From positions 327,654-391,653 of the forward strand of contig JBBCIS010000001.1 of the NCBI GenBank assembly GCA_037189845.1: a stretch of 64,000 nucleotides of DNA. Direction: 5' to 3'. The notes beneath the pieces were generated by a model. The model was not told the origin of the DNA. It worked only from the letters and a program-made list of their open reading frames with translations, and made no database searches. Below are positions 55,364 through 64,000 of this stretch, in pieces (the stretch's first letter is position 1; the number at the start of each line of letters is the position of its first letter). The stretch comes from a bacterium (lineage in GTDB: Bacteria > Bacteroidota > Bacteroidia > Chitinophagales > JADIYW01). The translations under genes were made by a program, and so were the position numbers.

Positions 55364-56299
55364 TTACTTGATTCCTTTGTAATAATTAAAAATGTCTTCC
55401 AGCGATTTCCTGGGTTGAAAATTAAATGTTTTAGCAAAAAGGCTTCCGTCGAGAATGACCGGATATTTATAGTAATTCAATAAAAACGGAGGTAAAGTGT
55501 CCCATTTTAGAAATTTGCTGATGGATTCAGTCAGGCCGGCAGGGACTGATGGTATCTGAATCATCTGGCAGTCTGATTTTTTTACAGCATCCTGGAAACC
55601 GATGTAATCAGCCGGAGCTACATTGTACAATCCCGGCACATTTTTCTCAAATGCAGTACAGATCGCATCTCTCATATCATCAATATGGATGAATTGCATC
55701 AGCGGCGAAAATCCCCATAGCACGGGAGCTGCTTTGGATGCGAGCAATTTGGAAAAAGTATTTCTTACACCTGGTCCGGCAATATTGCAAGGTCTTAAAA
55801 TGGTAATGTTCAGCTCAGGATGTTTGTACAAATAGATATTTGCAAGATTATCCAGCTCTACTGTGTCTACCATATCCATGGTCAGGTCAGCGGCTTTTAT
55901 CGGAGTTTTTTCATCCAGTAAGGATGGATTATAAGGACTTGCTCCGTATACGAAATAAGTAGAGAGTACTAAAACGCGTGGAACTTTGTATTTTTTACAA
56001 AGATCAAACATTTTCTGAGTACCTACCACATTGGCATTGTATCTGGTAAATCTGTTGGATTCACTGGCAGTAATTCTTCCTAAATGAATGATCCCGTCGA
56101 TTTCATGCTCTCTGAAGATATCTTCAAAGATTCTTTTGTTGAAATCCACCTTGTAGCTTTCTACAGGAATCCCTAAATCGACTTTAGTACGAAAGTCAAC
56201 AGCGATCACTTTATAATCTCTTTTGAGGCGATCAATTACTTTTTTGGCTAGGGCACCGGCAGCACCTGTTACCATTATCTGTTTTTTCTTAGGTTCCAT
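55364..56299 (-). CDS. NAD-dependent epimerase/dehydratase-family protein
   Basis: 311 aa with VTGAAGALA (GxxGxxG) and an extended-SDR layout with YxxxK-like YGASPYNPS. Confidence 0.8.
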   Translation of the reverse strand: MEPKKKQIMVTGAAGALAKKVIDRLKRDYKVIAVDFRTKVDLGIPVESYKVDFNKRIFEDIFREHEIDGIIHLGRITASESNRFTRYNANVVGTQKMFDLCKKYKVPRVLVLSTYFVYGASPYNPSLLDEKTPIKAADLTMDMVDTVELDNLANIYLYKHPELNITILRPCNIAGPGVRNTFSKLLASKAAPVLWGFSPLMQFIHIDDMRDAICTAFEKNVPGLYNVAPADYIGFQDAVKKSDCQMIQIPSVPAGLTESISKFLKWDTLPPFLLNYYKYPVILDGSLFAKTFNFQPRKSLEDIFNYYKGIK

Positions 56300-56304
56300 T
56301 AGTG

Positions 56305-57126
56305 TTAAAATAGAGATTTACGTTTGGATAAACCAGTATCTATGAGTTTTTTAATCTCACTCTTGACAATATTTACCCTTGCTTTGACTTCATATTCATT
56401 TTGTATATCATTTTCAAACATCAAAGGCTTGCCAAAATGGATATATACTTTGGTGGGTAGAATGGCGGGGATGACGAGTGGTGCATAAGGAATGCCTAAT
56501 GCTTTTGCCAGAGGTTTGATATCAGCAAATGAAATAACGGATTCCTCACATCCGACTATGCCTACCGGAATAATAGGTGTTTCGTGCTTCATGGCTAAGT
56601 GCATAAATCCGTTACCGAATCTTTGCAGCTTATATCTATCTTTGAAGAGCTTTCCGGAGCCTCTGACACCTTCCGGGAAAACTATAATGGCTTCATCCTT
56701 TTCAAGTAGTTTTTCACAATTGTATGGGTCTCCTATGATAGAGCCGATGCTTCCGAGCCAGTTCCCTACGAACGGCAGGGTAGGGAAAAATCTTTCTACC
56801 ATCGCTTTGGGTACTCTTGGTCCTTCAGGATTAGTGAGCATGGCATAGCCGGTAAGAATTCCATCCAGAGGAAGCTGTCCGCTATGATTGGGAATGACTA
56901 AAACCCGTCCTTCTTTGGGAATGTTTTCAAGACCAAATGCTTCTACTCTGAAATACTTTTCGTACAACAGCTTGGCAAAGCCGATCGTATTTCTGACCCC
57001 GTTGATATTAAATCCCCACGGATCATAGCCGGATGAGCCAATATTGTTAGGAAAAAGGCTGATGTATTTTTCTAATTCTTCAGTTTCCAGTAAGCTTTGG
57101 ATGAAATTGGTTTTCTTTTTAGTCAT
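56305..57126 (-). CDS. lysophospholipid/glycerol-phosphate acyltransferase-family protein
   Basis: 273 aa with VIPNHSGQLPLD (HxxxxD block), FPEGVRGSG and IIPVGIVG, the PlsC-type motif blocks. Confidence 0.8.
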   Translation of the reverse strand: MTKKKTNFIQSLLETEELEKYISLFPNNIGSSGYDPWGFNINGVRNTIGFAKLLYEKYFRVEAFGLENIPKEGRVLVIPNHSGQLPLDGILTGYAMLTNPEGPRVPKAMVERFFPTLPFVGNWLGSIGSIIGDPYNCEKLLEKDEAIIVFPEGVRGSGKLFKDRYKLQRFGNGFMHLAMKHETPIIPVGIVGCEESVISFADIKPLAKALGIPYAPLVIPAILPTKVYIHFGKPLMFENDIQNEYEVKARVNIVKSEIKKLIDTGLSKRKSLF

Positions 57127-57224
57127 AGATCATGGTGTAGAATAAAATTAACTAAAAAAATAATGAATAAAGCGCAACTGTCAGACAGATAACAACAAAT
57201 TAATTTTTGTATTTTTAAATATTC

Positions 57225-58148
57225 ATGTTGTATTGCGTTTTCGATAAGAAAAGATTTGTATGTTGCTTTTTTATAATGAATCTGGTACTCGCATCCTGTA
57301 GCAGAAATCACGATTTTATCCGTCAGGATGTATCAATAGTTAACCAAGCTGAGCCTGGCGACACTCTGAAATGCAATGGTTTCAGTGAATTGTGCGATAA
57401 AAGACTGGATGAGATTGCAATACTGATGACTCATAATTCATTTAACAGCAAAGCATATAAACTGAAATTTCCCAATCAATCCTATTCCATATACCGGCAG
57501 CTGACAGATGGGGTGAGGGGATTGATGCTGGATGTTTATCCGACTAAAAAAGGACTGATGCTGTATCATGGTTATTCATTTCTGGGTAAGCGACCATTAG
57601 CCTCCGTTTTAAAAGAGATCCGGAAATTCCTGAAAGAACAGCCTCATGAAGTGATTGTCATTATTTTTGAAGATTACTGCTCTCATCAGGAAATTATTGC
57701 CGATTTCAGGTCTGCTGGTCTGGAAGAAATGATTTATAATCATCAGGGCGCCTGGCCGGTATTGGCAGAAATGATAGAGCAAAATAAGAGAATTGTATTA
57801 TTTACAGAGGAAAGTAGTGAAGAGAAAACGCCCGGTTTACATAATGCATGGCAATATATCTTTGATACCAGATACACTTTTTCCAATATAGCCTCTATGA
57901 ATTGTGCAGCAAACAGAGGCTGCCAGGGTGATCAGACTTTTTACTTATTTAATCACTGGATCACCAATAAGCTTGGGTTGGGGCAAAAATCAAAAGCAGC
58001 AGAAGTAAATAGTCGTAAAGTATTGTCAGACAGGTTATTGCAAAGCTATCAGGAGCATCACAGGAATATTAATTTTTTAGGAGTAGATTTTTATCATATC
58101 GGAGATGCATTACAGATTGTAGATAGTATAAATGGGGTTTTAAGGTGA
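57225..58148 (+). CDS. PI-PLC X-domain-like (phospholipase C-like) lipoprotein
   Basis: Lipobox LVLASC, ILMTHNSFNS (catalytic His region), GVRGLMLDVY and a TIM-barrel PLC-like pattern. Confidence 0.7.
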   Translation: MLYCVFDKKRFVCCFFIMNLVLASCSRNHDFIRQDVSIVNQAEPGDTLKCNGFSELCDKRLDEIAILMTHNSFNSKAYKLKFPNQSYSIYRQLTDGVRGLMLDVYPTKKGLMLYHGYSFLGKRPLASVLKEIRKFLKEQPHEVIVIIFEDYCSHQEIIADFRSAGLEEMIYNHQGAWPVLAEMIEQNKRIVLFTEESSEEKTPGLHNAWQYIFDTRYTFSNIASMNCAANRGCQGDQTFYLFNHWITNKLGLGQKSKAAEVNSRKVLSDRLLQSYQEHHRNINFLGVDFYHIGDALQIVDSINGVLR

Positions 58149-58216
58149 AATTTGCGCGGTTTCAGGTCATTCTAAAGTACTTAATAAGTTAATTTTTTTG
58201 AGGTTAGCCCAAAAAA

Positions 58217-61200
58217 ATGTTTCTTTATAGGATGAGATACTTTGTGTCAGTATTGTTTATTTTGGGAATACTTCAAACATATGCTCAGACTTCTCCTGTT
58301 GCGCATAGATTATCAGTGTCCCCCTATTATTTAAGTTCCTGGTCTCCTAATTCTACTCCTGGTACTTATCCACCAAGTATGACTTTTCAACAATTTGTTT
58401 CAGGTGAAGATCCGGATATGCAATCTGAGCCGATAGGAGACTGGCTATGTGCTTATAATATTGATAGCCGTTCCCGGTTTGTCGGATTGGGAAGTTCTTG
58501 TATCGGTATGATAAATTCCGGAAATGAGCAGGATGATACGGTCCGGTGTGGCAATGGAAAGGCACTGGGAGGGAGAGTTGGAGCTGTGGTATTAGCTATA
58601 AATACTTTAGAAATGACTGATATTGAATTGTCGTGGAAAATCAGAATGATTGAAAGTGGCAATGGATATCCTGAGCCAAGAGTATATAAGATCATGGTTC
58701 AGTACAGAGTAGGGAATAATGGAGAGTGGTCTGACTTCCCGGCAAGCGCTGTGTATTCATCTATTGGTAAAAATAATGGCGATGTACAGGAATTTACGGT
58801 TGTTCTTCCTGAAAGTCTGGAAAATCAGGAATATGTACAGCTGAGATGGAAATACTATCAGGAAAGTTCCAATGATGGTGGAACAAGACCATTTTTAGCA
58901 TTGGATGATGTAAAGGTGCTGGGAGCAAATATACGAACTGGCTACAGACCATTTCTGTTCTTCAGTGAAACCAGTTTAGACGTTTTTGGGTGTATACTGG
59001 ATGATTTTTCTGAACCTGATTCAATTGTATTTTCAGGAATTGCATTGAAGGAGGATTTAATAATTACTGCTCCAAAGGATTTTTATATTTCTTTATCGAA
59101 AGAAGCTGAGTTTGAAACTGAGCTGGTTGTACCTACAGTAAATGGATATATTCCTGAAACAAAATTGTATATTAAGAAAAAATGTACGCAGCTTGAAACA
59201 GAATATTTAAATTTAATATTTCAGGCAGGTACATACAACAGAACATTTCCTTTGAGAGGAGAAGGATATTATAATATGTATATCAATGAAATTGTATCTT
59301 CTAATTTTATTTCGTATTTCGATCCGGTATCATCAGACTATCCTGACTGGATAGAGATTTATAATCCTAATGAAGAAGAAGTAATATTGGAGGGGTATTA
59401 TTTATCTGATAATAAAAATTATTTGAATAAACACCGGATAATCACACAATCTGAAAGTAAGGTAGCAGGAAAAGGGTTTAAATTGTTTTTCGCCAGTGGA
59501 GTTACTACACGTCGATTCAGTCATTTGAATTTTTCACTTTCAAGCGCGGGAGAATCAATTTATCTGGTTGGTAAAAACGGTAAAACCATTATTGATAGTC
59601 TTACATTTGGTCAGATAGATACGGATGTTTCTTATGGTAGGGTAACTGATGGTGGGGAGGCATGGACAATTTTTCCTAAATCTACTCCAGGGGCAACCAA
59701 TACTTTGTCAGTAGGCGTCTCCGGTAAGGCTTCGTCTCCGGTATTTTCTCATAAAGGAGGGTATTACGATTCTACTTTTGTATTATCACTGCAGGCGAAT
59801 AATCCGGATGCTAAAATTTACTACACACTGGATGGGTCTGATCCAACACCAGATAATGTAGGAGGCTTTGTTTATGAGTATAAACAAAACTATAGTAGGG
59901 AAGTAGGATTAATTTTTCACGGTGATTCTTATTATAGGCCATATCGCTCCTACTTTTATTTTGAGCCTATAGACTTGATGGTATATCGTTCTAAATATTT
60001 TTGGCTAACGGATGTAAATTCAACTGTTAGTTTGATGCCCTATTCGCCCAGATATAAGAGAGAGCATGCAGTTATTGTTAGGGCAGTTGCAATTGAACAA
60101 GGTAAATCTCCCAGTAATATTGTCTCCAATACTTATTTCTTTACTAACGATGATACTATAAAAGATAAGCTTCCTGTCATTTCAATTGTGTTGAATGAAG
60201 ATAAATTGGTAGGGTTTGATGATGGGATTGGTGTACCGGGAATTGATTATGAAAATTGGCGTAATAATGATTTTATTGCTAATACAACTAAAGAGTCGCC
60301 GGCAAATTACAGGAGAAGTGGTCGGATGTCTGAAATACCTGCAAATATAGAAGTTTTTGATAATAAAAAACAGATTATTAATCAGTCGGTTGGGTTAAGA
60401 AATCATGGGGCTTCATCCAGAGCATTCAGACATAGAAGCTTTAGACTATATGCGAGGAATTATTATGGAAAAGATAGAATAACATATCCTTTTTTTAAAA
60501 ATTTAGCTTATGAAGATTTTTCACGATTCATCCTTAGAAATTCAGGAGTTGATTATGAAAAGACCTTTTTTAAAGATGCCTTTATTCAACAAATAATGGC
60601 TTTTTCAAATATGGATTACCAGGAGTATAATCCATATGTTATATATGTAAATGGAGAGTATTGGGGAATGTTGAATGCCAGAGAGAGAATCGATAAATAC
60701 TATTTAGGAAGAAAGTATGGACTGGATGAGGATAATATTGATTTTTTGCAAAACAATAGAATTGTAATCGAAGGAACATCTGCAAATTATACGTTATTAC
60801 TAAATTTTTTATCAGAAAATGACATGAGCTCGGATGAAGCTTATAATGAAGTAAATAAGAGAATAGATGTTGAAAACTATATTGATTTTCAGTCTTTGAA
60901 GATTTATACTGCTGAATATGATTGGCCTAACAATAACGTCAGATACTGGAGATACAAAACAGATCAATACGATCCCAAAGCCCCATATGGATTAGATGGA
61001 AGATGGAGATGGGTGAATTTTGATAACGACTATGGTTTCAGATTAGATAGATTAAACTTAAACACTTTTGAATGGGCTCTGTCTTTTTATGACCCTAGAT
61101 TTGATCCTGAAGGTCAGGAAGAGTGGTGGGCCACTTTTTTATTCAGAACATTGATGAAAAATGATGATTTTAAACTTAAATTGATTACCAGATTTTCGGA

Positions 61201-62812
61201 TTTGTTAAATACAGCTTTTAAGTCCTCAAGAGTTCTGGCAAAAATAGATTGGCACAAAAATCTTATTGAGCATGATATGCAAAATCATGTTGTTAGATGG
61301 GATGCTCCTGGGTCAATGCAGAACTGGAATGCTAATGTTGATGAATTAAAAACATTTGCTACAGAGCGTCCTGCTTTATGCTATAATCACATGAGAGAAT
61401 CTTTTGGTCTTACTGATTTGTATACTGTGACGATTGATGTGGATGATATGGCCAGAGGTCATGTTAAGTTAAATACGATGGAGTTCACTAAGCAAACTCC
61501 GGGAGTGGATACTACTCAAGTGTATCCGTGGCAGGGGCAATATTTTAAAGACCTGCCGGTATCATTTATACCAATACCGCACGAAGGCTATAAATTTTCT
61601 CATTGGGAATTGACGGACAGCAATTCTTATATTGATACGTTGGTTTTTGATTTAAAGAAAGATGTAAAAGCCAAAGCTTTTTTTATTGTTGATGATAATT
61701 ATGTGTATAATCCCGAACCAGCTATAATTACAGATTGTCCTTATGAATTTAATGAATGGGCGAGGAAACAAAGAGTAGGAGATAAGCCTGCCAATATGGC
61801 TTTTTATTACACAAAATTCCCTGATTCAAAAGCTAATGGCCCGCTGGAGGGAAGATTGGACAGTATTCGTTACGATTACAGCACAAGAACCAGAATCAAT
61901 GGATTAGGCGCTAATGGAATTTCTTTAATTAATACAGCGGATGCAAATGAAAACTATTACCAGACCAGATTAGGAGCTGTGGCTGTAGCTTTCAAAACAG
62001 AAAATGTGCCTGCTGCAGAAGTTTCATTCACATTGGGAACTGTAACTCCTCAGTCAAAGAAATATAGTATCAGATTACAATACAGGCTCAGCGATAAAGG
62101 AGATGCATTTGATTTTTATGATAAAAACGGAAACCTTGTAGAATATCATGGTGACTATGAAGCTGATCATGAACAAAGGTTTAATAAGATTGAACTCCCG
62201 GGAGAATTGTTAAATCAAAAGTATGTTCAGCTGATCTGGAGATATTATTATAATGGACAACAAGTAGATGCAGGATCTAATACCAGAGATGAGCTGAGAA
62301 TTGATGATATTAAGATCAGGCAGAAAGATATTGTAGATGTCCTATCAAATGAAGCGTATGTAAGCTCTCTGGTGGGAAATCCTAATAGCCAGTCTTTCCA
62401 ATGGTACAGATGTGAAGGAGATTCTCTTGTGCTGCTGGAAAATGAAACCAGGCAGCTATTAAGGATAACAGCTCCGGGTACCTATGCGGTGGCAGTAAAT
62501 TATGGTGAATGTACCCACACTTCCGCTTGTGAGTATTTCTTCGTAAAAGAACGTAAAGAATTTGCACCGAGTATTTTCAGTAAAATTCATCCTAATCCGT
62601 CTAATGGTATTTTTGATCTTGTATTTGATGAGACATTGAAAGATGTCAGAATATCTATGGCGGATGCAACCGGGAAAGTTGTAAATGTGAAAAATGTTTC
62701 CGAAGCAAAAGCAATTAATTATCAGGTGAAAAACCTGGCTGCCGGTGTCTATATTCTGGATATTACCACGAAAGACGGCAGACAGGCTACTCAAAAAGTG
62801 ATGATTCAGTGA
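58217..62812 (+). CDS. 1531-aa T9SS-secreted multidomain protein: lamin-tail (LTD)-like domain, CotH kinase-like domain, C-terminal sorting domain
   Basis: Signal peptide, then INEIVSSN...DWIEIYNP...YYLSD (LTD-like), YNPYVIYVNGEYWGMLNARERIDKYYL and YDWPNNNVRYWR (CotH-like). The C-terminus is KIHPNPSNGIFDLVF...GVYILDITTKDGRQATQKVMIQ (T9SS CTD). Confidence 0.85.
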   Translation: MFLYRMRYFVSVLFILGILQTYAQTSPVAHRLSVSPYYLSSWSPNSTPGTYPPSMTFQQFVSGEDPDMQSEPIGDWLCAYNIDSRSRFVGLGSSCIGMINSGNEQDDTVRCGNGKALGGRVGAVVLAINTLEMTDIELSWKIRMIESGNGYPEPRVYKIMVQYRVGNNGEWSDFPASAVYSSIGKNNGDVQEFTVVLPESLENQEYVQLRWKYYQESSNDGGTRPFLALDDVKVLGANIRTGYRPFLFFSETSLDVFGCILDDFSEPDSIVFSGIALKEDLIITAPKDFYISLSKEAEFETELVVPTVNGYIPETKLYIKKKCTQLETEYLNLIFQAGTYNRTFPLRGEGYYNMYINEIVSSNFISYFDPVSSDYPDWIEIYNPNEEEVILEGYYLSDNKNYLNKHRIITQSESKVAGKGFKLFFASGVTTRRFSHLNFSLSSAGESIYLVGKNGKTIIDSLTFGQIDTDVSYGRVTDGGEAWTIFPKSTPGATNTLSVGVSGKASSPVFSHKGGYYDSTFVLSLQANNPDAKIYYTLDGSDPTPDNVGGFVYEYKQNYSREVGLIFHGDSYYRPYRSYFYFEPIDLMVYRSKYFWLTDVNSTVSLMPYSPRYKREHAVIVRAVAIEQGKSPSNIVSNTYFFTNDDTIKDKLPVISIVLNEDKLVGFDDGIGVPGIDYENWRNNDFIANTTKESPANYRRSGRMSEIPANIEVFDNKKQIINQSVGLRNHGASSRAFRHRSFRLYARNYYGKDRITYPFFKNLAYEDFSRFILRNSGVDYEKTFFKDAFIQQIMAFSNMDYQEYNPYVIYVNGEYWGMLNARERIDKYYLGRKYGLDEDNIDFLQNNRIVIEGTSANYTLLLNFLSENDMSSDEAYNEVNKRIDVENYIDFQSLKIYTAEYDWPNNNVRYWRYKTDQYDPKAPYGLDGRWRWVNFDNDYGFRLDRLNLNTFEWALSFYDPRFDPEGQEEWWATFLFRTLMKNDDFKLKLITRFSDLLNTAFKSSRVLAKIDWHKNLIEHDMQNHVVRWDAPGSMQNWNANVDELKTFATERPALCYNHMRESFGLTDLYTVTIDVDDMARGHVKLNTMEFTKQTPGVDTTQVYPWQGQYFKDLPVSFIPIPHEGYKFSHWELTDSNSYIDTLVFDLKKDVKAKAFFIVDDNYVYNPEPAIITDCPYEFNEWARKQRVGDKPANMAFYYTKFPDSKANGPLEGRLDSIRYDYSTRTRINGLGANGISLINTADANENYYQTRLGAVAVAFKTENVPAAEVSFTLGTVTPQSKKYSIRLQYRLSDKGDAFDFYDKNGNLVEYHGDYEADHEQRFNKIELPGELLNQKYVQLIWRYYYNGQQVDAGSNTRDELRIDDIKIRQKDIVDVLSNEAYVSSLVGNPNSQSFQWYRCEGDSLVLLENETRQLLRITAPGTYAVAVNYGECTHTSACEYFFVKERKEFAPSIFSKIHPNPSNGIFDLVFDETLKDVRISMADATGKVVNVKNVSEAKAINYQVKNLAAGVYILDITTKDGRQATQKVMIQ

Positions 62813-62838
62813 TAGAGGTTATTTTGTAGATTTGCTGC

Positions 62839-63735
62839 ATGTATATTCCTGCAAGTTTGAAAAATGGTGATACGATCGGTTTAATATGTACTGCCAGAAA
62901 GATAGATCGAAGTCTGATAGAGCCAGCCATTCAGCTATTTGAGCAGCAAGGATTCAGAGTGAAAATAGGAGAGTCTGTGGGGGCTGAACATCATCAGTAT
63001 GCGGGTCCGGATGAGCTGAGAAGGAGAGATCTGCAGAAAATGCTGGATGATCCGGAAGTGAAAGCTGTTATCTCCTGCAGAGGCGGATATGGCACGGTCC
63101 GGATAATTGATGATATACATTATGGCAATTTTCTGGAAAAACCGAAATGGATCATAGGTTATTCGGATATTACGGCTATTCATAGTCATCTGAACCATGT
63201 CATGGGTATCGGCACATTGCATGCTACAATGCCGGTAAACTTTACTACTAATACAAATGAGGCAGTTCAATCCCTGTTGGATGTCCTGGCTGGAAAACGC
63301 TTGAACTATGAGGTAAGCCCGCATCCGCTGAACAGAACCGGTATTGCAAGCGGTGAATTGGCAGGAGGGAATTTATCTATTCTTTATAGCTTGTTAGGGA
63401 CAAAAACGCTCTTACATACTGCGGGAAAAATTCTTTTTCTCGAAGATCTGGATGAATATCTGTATCATATCGACAGAATGATGATGGCACTCAAACGAGG
63501 CGGTAAATTACAGAATCTGGCCGGATTGATAATTGGAGGGATGACTGACATGAAAGACAATGCTGTCCCTTACGGAAAAACAGCCGAAGAAATTATACTG
63601 GAGCATGTACAGGAGTATAATTATCCGGTGTGTTTCGGATTTCCCGCAGGACACATAGATGACAACAGAGCTATAAAGCTGGGAGCAGTTGCACAGTTAG
63701 ATGTTACAGAAAGTACTGTAAGATTTACACAATAA
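62839..63735 (+). CDS. LD-carboxypeptidase (peptidase S66, LdcA-like)
   Basis: 298 aa with AVISCRGGYG, IIGYSDITAIH (Ser nucleophile), FLEDLDE and GFPAGH. Confidence 0.9.
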   Translation: MYIPASLKNGDTIGLICTARKIDRSLIEPAIQLFEQQGFRVKIGESVGAEHHQYAGPDELRRRDLQKMLDDPEVKAVISCRGGYGTVRIIDDIHYGNFLEKPKWIIGYSDITAIHSHLNHVMGIGTLHATMPVNFTTNTNEAVQSLLDVLAGKRLNYEVSPHPLNRTGIASGELAGGNLSILYSLLGTKTLLHTAGKILFLEDLDEYLYHIDRMMMALKRGGKLQNLAGLIIGGMTDMKDNAVPYGKTAEEIILEHVQEYNYPVCFGFPAGHIDDNRAIKLGAVAQLDVTESTVRFTQ

Positions 63736-64000
63736 CAGGATTATTTCCTTTGTCAAACCAAACAGGTGTCTGATCATCAGATTCATAGTTGTAGTTGACA
63801 GTGATTTCTGTATGTGCCGGAATCTCTTTTATTGAAATAAACCGGATAATTTGTTCTTCGTAATAGGTTTCATAGCGTGCATTAGGCTGATAACTGTGGT
63901 TATACAGACTGCCATATCCTAATGCTATAGCTGTGCTTTTATGATCATCTTCCCATAGAAAATAATAGTTATACAGATACGATTCATCTATCAGTTTCCT
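63725..64000 (-). CDS. SET-domain protein (partial; N-terminus beyond the window end)
   Basis: Not in the track. My translation is ...AIALGYGSLYNHSYQPNARYETYYEEQIIRFISIKEIPAHTEITVNYNYESDDQTPVWFDKGNNPVIV*. NHSxxPN and E[IL]TxxY are the SET signatures. The stop at 63725..63727 overlaps the LdcA 3' end by 11 nt. Confidence 0.75.
   Translation of the reverse strand, partial: RKLIDESYLYNYYFLWEDDHKSTAIALGYGSLYNHSYQPNARYETYYEEQIIRFISIKEIPAHTEITVNYNYESDDQTPVWFDKGNNPVIV

Overview
This window looks like a Bacteroidota chromosome segment. The evidence is several T9SS C-terminal sorting domains, TAnnTTTG-type promoter boxes, and LytTR, sigma-54 and TetR regulators. Conserved housekeeping genes (uvrA, recJ, lptB, pckA, dprA, ftsH, rsfS, birA, an acetyl-CoA acetyltransferase and an LD-carboxypeptidase) are interrupted by visibly AT-rich accessory inserts. 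The main finding is a tightly packed four-gene minus-strand operon at 35281-40013: KAP P-loop NTPase, small unknown protein, long QueC-like PP-loop enzyme and TatD-like hydrolase. This matches the QatABCD anti-phage architecture. Its second gene is split by a frameshift at a T_TTG_GGT site. A second island (10.3-14.2 kb) is headed by a truncated, frameshifted tyrosine recombinase. It is followed by a co-directional array of unrelated AT-rich genes, each preceded by a copy of the same ~50-nt intergenic motif, which gives it an integron-like or recombinase-associated cassette grammar. Other notable items:
- A rearranged tRNA and GIY-YIG locus with tRNA-derived pseudogenes.
- A stress module: a sigma-54 activator with a pseudo-receiver, an extreme low-complexity KGG-motif protein and a DUF892 protein.
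- Paired palindromic TetR operators.
- Two families of intergenic repeats.

I found no rRNA, no CRISPR array and no intact transposase. All family assignments come from reading motifs by eye. No searches were run.
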